From a virus (taxonomy: Duplodnaviria > Caudoviricetes): a stretch of 29,238 bases of DNA. The DNA lies in the IMG/VR virus record IMGVR_UViG_3300005662_000156, positions 1 through 29,238 of that record; one strand, written 5' to 3'. Below, in pieces: positions 9,695 through 17,454 of this stretch. The notes under the pieces were generated by a model. The model saw only the letters and a list, made by a program, of their open reading frames with translations, had not been told where the DNA came from and searched no databases. Numbering within the stretch: the first letter of the stretch is position 1; every line of letters starts with the position of its first letter. A program made the position numbers and the translations under genes.

Positions 9695-9952
9695 ATGCCA
9701 GATTTTACACCCTCTAATCCTAGTGCATTATTTTCCGCTCGAAGCGTTGCCGCTGTGACTGCTTCTGATTCTACCGATCTAACTGGCTGTAGAGCTTTGT
9801 GGGTTGGCGGTACTGGCAACCTAGTTGTCAAAGGAGTGGACAATGCTTCATCTGTTACAATCGTTATTCCTGCGGCTGGTGTGCTTATTCCGATTTTTGC
9901 TAGTCGTGTTATGGCAGCTACTACCGCAACGTCTATTGTGGCGTTTTACTAG
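9695..9952 (+). CDS. Head-spike base protein (RcGTA Rcc01079-like)
   Basis: 85 aa; AVTASDSTDL..RALWVGGTGNLVV..GVLIPI..RVMA.TTAT.IVAFY matches the spike-base family pattern (recall). Confidence 0.75.
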   Translation: MPDFTPSNPSALFSARSVAAVTASDSTDLTGCRALWVGGTGNLVVKGVDNASSVTIVIPAAGVLIPIFASRVMAATTATSIVAFY

Positions 9953-9953
9953 T

Positions 9954-10721
9954 ATGTTTATTGGAATCAATGGCATATCAATTTGTCGTCCTGGCAAGCA
10001 GGGTGCGTCATTTGATCCAAGTTCTTTAAGTCCTTTGGTGTGGCTTGAGGGAGATAAAAACGTAACTAATGACGGTAGTGGCAACTGTTCCGCTTGGGGA
10101 GATTTGTCTGGCAATTCACGCAATGCCGCTCAAGCTACTCTTGCTGATAGACCTCTTATTGTTGCAGCGGGTCAAAACGGTCTCAATATTCTTAGGTTTG
10201 ATGGTAGCACTGATTTCTTACAAATACCTCTTTTTACTGGACCATTTGCTTATCCCGTTACGTGGTATGTAGCATTGAAGGTGCCTACGTTGTCGGTGGA
10301 TTACGGTCCAATCATTGATACTTATCAGGGACTAGGTGGCAATGCTGGTTATACGTTTTATATTAAAAGCACGTACAAAAGTGCTGTATACGCTAAGACT
10401 GGTGCGCCACAGGTATCGTATGATGGGACTGGTGCTACAACGTATGTTGCCAATAACAAATACACGCTAGCTTGGGTAGTTGGAAACAGCGCAACAAATC
10501 CCACGACTTCCTACACAAACAATGTTCAAGATGGTCAAATCAGTGGCACCTACACCTTAGACACAAATACTTTGGCTCAACCACTTTTGATTGGTAAAGG
10601 TTTTGGCACGGCAAGACGCATGGCTATGGATCTATATCACATATCCTGTTTTGCAGGAGCGCATGACGCTACGACAAGAGGTAAGATGCAGACCTGGATA
10701 CAGGCCAAATGGGGTATTTAA
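9954..10721 (+). CDS. Putative head-spike fibre with LamG/ConA-like lectin domain
   Basis: Likely start is ATG 9954 (1 nt after the upstream TAG), not 9825. N-terminal MFIGINGISI peptide; PLVWLEG, WGDLSGNSRNAAQAT..RP, LRFDGSTDFL and C-terminal WIQAKWGI typical of phage LamG-like proteins. Confidence 0.7.
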   Translation: MFIGINGISICRPGKQGASFDPSSLSPLVWLEGDKNVTNDGSGNCSAWGDLSGNSRNAAQATLADRPLIVAAGQNGLNILRFDGSTDFLQIPLFTGPFAYPVTWYVALKVPTLSVDYGPIIDTYQGLGGNAGYTFYIKSTYKSAVYAKTGAPQVSYDGTGATTYVANNKYTLAWVVGNSATNPTTSYTNNVQDGQISGTYTLDTNTLAQPLLIGKGFGTARRMAMDLYHISCFAGAHDATTRGKMQTWIQAKWGI

Positions 10722-10790
10722 ATGCACTGGTCCAAAGATTTAATTTCTAGTGTATACATAATGGCATAGGCAATCTTATATAGGAGAATT

Positions 10791-11495
10791 ATGCCACAAA
10801 TAGATTGGGACTCCATTGCAAACGGACGACAACAAAATCGTCGTCGGTACCATGGTGCTAATATTCGTTTTTTTAACGCTTACAACGAAAACCGAGAAAA
10901 AAGTTTTGCCGCAGGTCGAGCAATCTTTGACGAGATTCCATCCATTTCCATTCAATATCCGGGTGGAGATGAGACAGTTCGTCGTATAGAGCCACAAGAT
11001 ATTCAGGACTACCCTGAGCTTCATGCGGCATTTAAAGCAGGAAATGAACCTGTAGTTAGCGGAACTCCTCTTGCTGAATGGCCTCTTATGAATGGGTCAA
11101 CATTGCGAGAGTTGCAACATCTTGGATTTAAAACAGTAGAACAGTTGGCTGAAGCTCATGATGAACTTCGTCGCAAACTTGGACCAACTGGCCGTTTTAT
11201 TAAAATGGCTAAGGATTGGATGGATGCGGCTACTTCGTCTCAATATCAAGTTACTACATTGAAACAGCAACTTGATCGTGCAGAGACACAAACAGCAAAA
11301 CTTCGAGAGCAAGTAGAGTTGTTAATGCAACGTATTGAAGGCAACGAGGGTATCGACCTACGACCACAACGAAAGGAGGTGATCCATTCTACCGAGTTTT
11401 CTTATGGTTTAGATGAAGCTGAAAACGCAACTTTTGAAGAGTCTACACAAGAAACTCCTAAGCGTAGGGGTAGACCAAGGAAAATGACAGTATGA
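10791..11495 (+). CDS. Conserved hypothetical protein (HhH-like motif, coiled coil, AT-hook-like tail)
   Basis: 234 aa, SD AGGAG; GTPLAEWP, LGFKTVEQLA, C-terminal PKRRGRPRK. Confidence 0.75.
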   Translation: MPQIDWDSIANGRQQNRRRYHGANIRFFNAYNENREKSFAAGRAIFDEIPSISIQYPGGDETVRRIEPQDIQDYPELHAAFKAGNEPVVSGTPLAEWPLMNGSTLRELQHLGFKTVEQLAEAHDELRRKLGPTGRFIKMAKDWMDAATSSQYQVTTLKQQLDRAETQTAKLREQVELLMQRIEGNEGIDLRPQRKEVIHSTEFSYGLDEAENATFEESTQETPKRRGRPRKMTV

Positions 11496-12349
11496 GTTTA
11501 GCAACGATTGTTTCGAATGTGGCGGCTGAATGCGGGTATACCGTAGAATCGACTGTTACTGGTTCTACAGAAACCACAACGAAACAGTTGCTAGCGATGA
11601 CCCAGCGCATAAATAAGGACATATTTGAGTCTTATCCGTGGCCAAAATGTTATGCGGCTGGGTCTATTACGCTTGTAAGTGGACAAGCAACTTATGAACT
11701 TCCTGCAGCATTCTCCTGGTATCAATATGAGACGTTTTGGAATAGTAGTACTCGTTGGCGAATACTTGGACCAATGACAGAACAGGAGTACGGAGAGATC
11801 CGTGGTTTTGGTCTTAACACTACAGTTTACCAAAGATTTCAAATTCGTGGATTAAGCAATAATCAGTTGTTAATTAGTCCTACTCCGTCATCAAGTGGCA
11901 ATGTTATTGTTTTTGAATATATAGCGGATAGGTGTGTGCGTCCTGTAACTTGGACCGCAAGCACATTGTTTGCTGCGAATGCGTATTGTTTTTATAACGG
12001 CAACTATTACCAAACTACTGCCGGAGGAACTACAGGAGTTACTGCACCAACGCATACAACTGGCTCTGTGTCTGATGGTGGAGTAACTTGGACATATTAT
12101 AGCGGAGCTTACGATCAGTTTATTGCAGATACTGACGTTAGTATTTTTAACGAAAAAATGGTTGAGCAAGGAGTCATTGAAAGATTTGCTCAGATACATG
12201 GGTTAACTGGAGTAGTCCCACAATTTAAACAACAAGTAGATGAAGAGTTTAGCCGTGAGAATCCTGGCAAGATTTACTATGCTGGTGGTCATACTCGCGC
12301 TGAAATCTTTGCACGTAGTGGAACTGCTGTATTTGGGACTTGGATCTAA
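11492..12349 (+). CDS. Head-tail adaptor (tail tubular protein A-like) with inserted carbohydrate-binding-like module
   Basis: 285 aa; MSLATIVSNV, YPWPK, GQATYELP, LLISPTP; insert WTAST...YNGNYY...GGVTWTY. Confidence 0.75.
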   Translation: MSLATIVSNVAAECGYTVESTVTGSTETTTKQLLAMTQRINKDIFESYPWPKCYAAGSITLVSGQATYELPAAFSWYQYETFWNSSTRWRILGPMTEQEYGEIRGFGLNTTVYQRFQIRGLSNNQLLISPTPSSSGNVIVFEYIADRCVRPVTWTASTLFAANAYCFYNGNYYQTTAGGTTGVTAPTHTTGSVSDGGVTWTYYSGAYDQFIADTDVSIFNEKMVEQGVIERFAQIHGLTGVVPQFKQQVDEEFSRENPGKIYYAGGHTRAEIFARSGTAVFGTWI

Positions 12350-13530
12350 TGGCACAAAATTATCCTCAACAACAACAACAACAAGATCCTCAAATTACAT
12401 ACCAAGATCCCTTGGCCTATATTGCATGGCTTAGGACTCGCGGTCTTAATCCTTTGCAAATTCAAGAAGCGGTTTATACGCGCTTTGGTCCTGGAAAAAC
12501 TCCAGAACAGCGACAAAGAGAAGCAGAAAGCCAGCAGTCAAACTCACAACTTTCACAGGTAGGTGGTGCTGTTGGAGGAGCTGTGGTTGCAGGAGAAGCA
12601 CTTCGAGGGTTTCCAAATGTAGCAGGGTTGTTCAGTACTGCTCCTGCGGCAACAACAGCGACAACGGCAACAACGGCTGGAACTACAGGAGCTACGGTAG
12701 CTACCCCACAGCTTGTAGGAGCAAATGTTGTAGGTGGTCAAACAGCAGGAGCTTCTACTCTTGGCTCTGTTGGCGGGATAGCCTTACCTGTGGCGGCTGC
12801 GGCAATAACTCTTAATAATGCTTGGGAAACTGGCATGAAAGATATCCTTCGTGGTCGTGGGACACGTGAGGACTATTTGAATCAAGCCGCAAACATTAGT
12901 CCTGTTGGTAGAATTGCGAATATTGGACTGCGTTTAGCTGGCAAACGGTCTATTGGACAGATGATGACCACTGGCAAGTCGGATGCTCAATTACAGCGTG
13001 ATGACTTCCGAGGTATTCTCAAAGAAACAGGCGTTGCTGATAAAAGCTATCATGTAACTCTTGCCGATGGTTCTAAGTTTAATGTCGGACTTGATGGTAA
13101 AACTCGTTACAAAAACGTAGGCGAAAACATTGACGGCAAGAAAGAACGTCAAGCGTGGGACGTAGATTTTAGCAATCCACTCGCCAAGTATGCTACCGAC
13201 CAAATTGACCCAATGATTCGCAGCATTTATGCAGGGTCACCTAAAAGCGTAAAGCCTGAGCAGTATACGGGTATGTTAGTAAACGCGGCCACATCCAATG
13301 CTAAGTCAGAGCAGGATGTGCAAAACAACATCCAGGCCATGCTTGGTAAGTCTACGTTTGCTAAAGAAGCAGGAGTTGGTGTTACCCCACCGCCACCACC
13401 ACGACCAGCAAAGGGTGAAGTTGTGCGCGTTTCACCAGGAATGTACATGAACGATAAAGGTCACGTAGGACCAGCTAAAACAATAAAAGAATCACTAAGA
13501 GCAAACTATAAAGCTAGCAAAGGGAAGTAA
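12349..13530 (+). CDS. Hypothetical protein, probable internal virion/ejection protein
   Basis: Likely start ATG 12349 (TAATG overlap); poly-Q N-terminus, glycine-zipper hydrophobic segments, polyproline near the C-terminus. Confidence 0.6.
   Translation: MAQNYPQQQQQQDPQITYQDPLAYIAWLRTRGLNPLQIQEAVYTRFGPGKTPEQRQREAESQQSNSQLSQVGGAVGGAVVAGEALRGFPNVAGLFSTAPAATTATTATTAGTTGATVATPQLVGANVVGGQTAGASTLGSVGGIALPVAAAAITLNNAWETGMKDILRGRGTREDYLNQAANISPVGRIANIGLRLAGKRSIGQMMTTGKSDAQLQRDDFRGILKETGVADKSYHVTLADGSKFNVGLDGKTRYKNVGENIDGKKERQAWDVDFSNPLAKYATDQIDPMIRSIYAGSPKSVKPEQYTGMLVNAATSNAKSEQDVQNNIQAMLGKSTFAKEAGVGVTPPPPPRPAKGEVVRVSPGMYMNDKGHVGPAKTIKESLRANYKASKGK
12367..12384 (+). repeat. (CAA)6 trinucleotide repeat encoding Q6
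   Basis: Six perfect CAA units seen directly. Confidence 0.9.
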
Positions 13531-15134
13531 TGGCGTTTCAAGGATACACAATGCCACCTCCGTACAATGGCCTCGACTTAGTGAGCGCCATTGACAACAT
13601 GGAGCCAACCTATGCGTTGGAGTTGGTAAACGTGTTTCCTGGCGCAGGTTCTCCAACAGTTCGCAATGGATACAGTGAATATGTTGCAGCAAGTAGTCTT
13701 GCTGGATCTGTGCCTATTTTATTTATGGACACTCTTCATAAAGCCGATGGCACTTCAGAGCTAGTTCTTGCTACCCAAACAAAATTATATCGAATAACAG
13801 AAACCGCAACTGTTACAGATATAACTAGCGTTCCCGCGCATACTAACGGAGAGTTTCAAAGCATTGTTTTTGGCAATCGCATGTATCTTTGCAATGGTGT
13901 GGATAATGCAAAGGTGTATGACGGAACTGGTACGGCTGCAACTGATCTAACTTTTACTGGAGTTACTCTAAGTACTCTTGTTAACGTAAACGCATATAAA
14001 GAGCGTCTTTATTTTGTTGAAAAAAACTCTGCGCGATTTTGGTATGGTGGAGTTCAAGTAACTGGCACTGGTGGTAGTCCTGCTCTTACTAGTTTTGACT
14101 TGCAATATGTATTTACAAAAGGTGGCCGACTACTTTTTACAAGTAGCTACACAAATCAATTTTCTCAAAGTTCACAGTCATTGTTTATGGCTGTTAGTAG
14201 CGAAGGTGAAATTGTATTTTACACAGGTAGCTATGCTGGAGATGTTAACACCTGGGGATTAGTTGCGCGTTACTTTATTGGCCGTCCTCTTGGCTACAGA
14301 GCTTTTATTCGCATAAACAATGATATTTGGATTCTTACACAACAAGGAATTGTTCCGGTATCTTCATTGTTTCAAATGGATCCAGAGCAAGCGTTAAACG
14401 TAGTAAGCCAACGCATCAATCCGCTTATTACTGAGTTTGCAAATATAAACTCATTTGATCATGAATGGACTGGTTTTTTCTGGCCTGCTGGCAGAAGAGT
14501 TTATGTAAACGTGCCAAGCTCATCGAGTACGTCTTTCTTCTTGGTTTATAGCCTTGATACTAAAGCGTGGACCAAGTTTACATTGTCTTCTGAAACACAT
14601 GGCATATCCTCATGTGTATTTAAAAATCTTCCGTTTTACGCTTCCAATACTGGAAATGTATGGCAAGGAGAAACTGGTCAAGCTGATGCGTTGCTACTTT
14701 CAGGCGGCACTGGAGATAGCATTGTATTTTCATATCGAGGACCGTTTAGTTTTTACGAAAGTCGCGGCAATTATAAAGCCTATAAAGACATTAGACCTCT
14801 TATAAAAGCAAAAAGAGGAGTAACTTTTAACATTGGGTTGGATACGGATTTTAAGAAATCTCAAACTGTTTCTACAGTTACATCGTCGCCTGGTTATTAT
14901 ACTGCATGGGGAAGCGCGTGGGGAATTGGTGCTGGAACACTTAGCACTGTTACAGGATTGCCTTTACCAACCGTGTTTACTCCTTGGTCGTCTGACGTTG
15001 AATACATATTTGATAGGTTTGCGGTCAAAGGACAAGGACATTGCGCGGCTATAAGAGCTGGCGGTTCTATAAAGAATAGCACCTGCCAATTCTTTGGTTT
15101 TGAGATACGCTTTGATTTAGGAGGTCAGGTATAA
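13530..15134 (+). CDS. Tail nozzle / DNA-stabilisation protein (P22 gp10 / tail tubular protein B-like beta-propeller)
   Basis: 534 aa, beta-rich; PPPYNGL..VNVFP, YLCNGVD, YKERLYFVE, YTGS motifs; position between adaptor and ejection genes. Confidence 0.8.
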   Translation: MAFQGYTMPPPYNGLDLVSAIDNMEPTYALELVNVFPGAGSPTVRNGYSEYVAASSLAGSVPILFMDTLHKADGTSELVLATQTKLYRITETATVTDITSVPAHTNGEFQSIVFGNRMYLCNGVDNAKVYDGTGTAATDLTFTGVTLSTLVNVNAYKERLYFVEKNSARFWYGGVQVTGTGGSPALTSFDLQYVFTKGGRLLFTSSYTNQFSQSSQSLFMAVSSEGEIVFYTGSYAGDVNTWGLVARYFIGRPLGYRAFIRINNDIWILTQQGIVPVSSLFQMDPEQALNVVSQRINPLITEFANINSFDHEWTGFFWPAGRRVYVNVPSSSSTSFFLVYSLDTKAWTKFTLSSETHGISSCVFKNLPFYASNTGNVWQGETGQADALLLSGGTGDSIVFSYRGPFSFYESRGNYKAYKDIRPLIKAKRGVTFNIGLDTDFKKSQTVSTVTSSPGYYTAWGSAWGIGAGTLSTVTGLPLPTVFTPWSSDVEYIFDRFAVKGQGHCAAIRAGGSIKNSTCQFFGFEIRFDLGGQV

Positions 15135-15136
15135 TT

Positions 15137-16099
15137 ATGGCAAGTGCACTTAATAAAACACCACAAGCAACACAAAAAAGTCCGTCGCGAGATCCTCGTG
15201 AAATGGATCAATATAAGAAAGCACAAGAAAACATTAAAAAGTACACCTATGATTCTCCTGAATACAAAGGTGCCGCAAAGCGCTTGGAAACTATTGGCGC
15301 TAAGTATGGCCTTAAATGGCAACAATGGATCCCAAAAGGATCAAACAACCAACCTCCTCCAATAGGTGCCGATGTTCGTGCTGAAGATGCTGCAGTAGGA
15401 AATGTTGGATCCGATCTTCTTCAACAAATGGGTGGATACGCAGCACAGTTTAATCCTGCAACTTTCCAACAACAATACGAACCTCAGTTTAATGAGCAAA
15501 TGAATCGTGCTTACAACGCAGTTTATGATCAGTTTAACAGACGTAACCAAGGTGAGTTTGCAAGACAGAATCAAGAGTTTCAGCAATCAATGGCAGAGCG
15601 TGGACTGGACCCAAATTCAGAAGCCTATAAAACGCTTTCCAAGCAAATGACCGATAGACAAGACCTTGCAAGACAGGAAGCGCAAAATGCTGCAACACAA
15701 CAGGCATACGCAGTTAACCAGCAAGGTTATGAGCAAGCAACCGGAGCGTCTCTTCTTGGTGGTCAAATTGCTAACCAATACGTAGCTCCATATATGGCGC
15801 AATATGGAACCCGTGCCGCGATGGATCTTGCGTCACAACAAAACGATTACGCAAAAGAACTTGCGGCACTTGATTTTAAATATAAGCAAAAACTTCAGCA
15901 ATCTGCTCCTCGCGGCGGCGGTGGTGGCGGTGGAGGAACTGATTATTTTGGTCAGTATGTACTTAACACGCTTGGTCAAAACTACGCTCCTCAAGGGTCT
16001 TCTCCTAGCTATGCAAACGCTGGCATTCAGGGTGGAGCTGCTGGGTTTGGCAATGCGTTTACGAACTATTTAAATCAATTACCTAAAAAAGGAAGTTAA
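15137..16099 (+). CDS. Putative DNA ejection/pilot protein
   Basis: 320 aa, Q/A-rich helical, MAERGLDPNSEAY motif, G-rich C-terminus; follows the nozzle. Confidence 0.65.
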   Translation: MASALNKTPQATQKSPSRDPREMDQYKKAQENIKKYTYDSPEYKGAAKRLETIGAKYGLKWQQWIPKGSNNQPPPIGADVRAEDAAVGNVGSDLLQQMGGYAAQFNPATFQQQYEPQFNEQMNRAYNAVYDQFNRRNQGEFARQNQEFQQSMAERGLDPNSEAYKTLSKQMTDRQDLARQEAQNAATQQAYAVNQQGYEQATGASLLGGQIANQYVAPYMAQYGTRAAMDLASQQNDYAKELAALDFKYKQKLQQSAPRGGGGGGGGTDYFGQYVLNTLGQNYAPQGSSPSYANAGIQGGAAGFGNAFTNYLNQLPKKGS

Positions 16100-16100
16100 C

Positions 16101-17453
16101 ATGGCTGGTGAAGATTTATACACAGCACTGCAAAACTTAAATGTTCCTGCTACCAATACAGGATATGGAATTGGCGCAGTTGCATTGTCACAATCTTTGC
16201 CAAAACTTGTTAATCCAACAGGAAGCGTTGGTAGGAACCTTGGAGTTGTTCTTGGCGGCGCACTAATGTCGTCGCTACTTGGATATCAAGCGCGCAAACA
16301 GGCAACTGAGCAATCTCTTCTTGCGAGTACTCTTGGTTCGCAAATGCTGCGTATGAAGACCCCAGAGGAACGCCTTGCACTTATTAAGGGTGTAGACGAT
16401 TCGGCAATACAGCCACGATTACTTGACCTACAGTCGGCATTACAAGGCCGTGAAGAGGCAAATCGTCTTGGCGCTCTTGAGGCTGGACAAAGACAAGAGG
16501 CGTTGTATGGTGCACTCGGTTCTCCTGCTGGTCAAACATATATTAAAGCGCAAGCGGATCTTTATGGTCAGAAACAAGAAGCGAATCTTGAAAATAAGAT
16601 GGCATTGGAAGCATTCCGCAAAGAATCAGCAATTGATTTAGCCAAACTTAAAGGGACTCAAAGACTTCAATTGGAGTCAGCAATTCAAGAAGGAAAATTA
16701 AGTCGAGATCAAGCAAAAGCAGTTTTGCAAGATACGTTGAATCAAGCTCAATCTCGTCGCCGTATGGCAGAAGATCAGTTTAAATCTGCACTTGATACAG
16801 AAACGTCAAGCCTTCCAAAAGATGTTAGAGAAGAGGTTCAAGACGCAACGAGCGTCTCAAGTCGCATCTTTGACCTTGCAAGTCGAGTTGAGCAAATGAA
16901 TGTTGCAGAATTTAAACTTTATAAGAATTGGGATGCTCTACCTAATTCATTTAAGGGAGAGTTTGCAGATATTGCCGGAACTATTGGTAACGTCAGATAT
17001 GGAGCATCTTTTACTGGCAATGAGCGTAAGATGTTGTTTGATATATTTGGCGATGATTTAACAACTGGACCCGAATCGTTTGCTCGAAACTTACGCAATG
17101 CTGCTACTGCACTTTTGCAAAAAGCAAAGACAGGTGTGCAAGTTAGTCAAATGAAGCCAGTAACTATCAATAGTATGCTGGATAAAATGATTGCTAATAA
17201 GAGTGGTTTTGCAGATATGGATATTGCCGCTGCACCAAAGGCAGTAATGCCGGAACCTGTTGCAGCAGATATTGATGGTGTATTCAATCAATTGTCTGGC
17301 ACTCCAGCATCAAATATTGCGATGCAACCAAAGGGAAGTGACCTTGAAACTCGCAAGCAAGCGCTAGTTAACAAAGTTAATGCGGCTGGTGGCAAAGTAA
17401 CTGACGAAGACAGAAAAGAAGCACAAGCGATAGCGGCATTGGAAGGTAGATAA
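16101..17453 (+). CDS. Putative DNA ejection protein
   Basis: 450 aa, helical, N-terminal hydrophobic segment; second of three consecutive ejection-type genes. Confidence 0.6.
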   Translation: MAGEDLYTALQNLNVPATNTGYGIGAVALSQSLPKLVNPTGSVGRNLGVVLGGALMSSLLGYQARKQATEQSLLASTLGSQMLRMKTPEERLALIKGVDDSAIQPRLLDLQSALQGREEANRLGALEAGQRQEALYGALGSPAGQTYIKAQADLYGQKQEANLENKMALEAFRKESAIDLAKLKGTQRLQLESAIQEGKLSRDQAKAVLQDTLNQAQSRRRMAEDQFKSALDTETSSLPKDVREEVQDATSVSSRIFDLASRVEQMNVAEFKLYKNWDALPNSFKGEFADIAGTIGNVRYGASFTGNERKMLFDIFGDDLTTGPESFARNLRNAATALLQKAKTGVQVSQMKPVTINSMLDKMIANKSGFADMDIAAAPKAVMPEPVAADIDGVFNQLSGTPASNIAMQPKGSDLETRKQALVNKVNAAGGKVTDEDRKEAQAIAALEGR

Positions 17454-17454
17454 A

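Noticed and set aside
9825-9956. Possible +1 frameshift (TTT TAC TAG T ATG) fusing spike base to spike fibre
   Set aside because: No stimulatory element seen; translational coupling at ATG 9954 is simpler.
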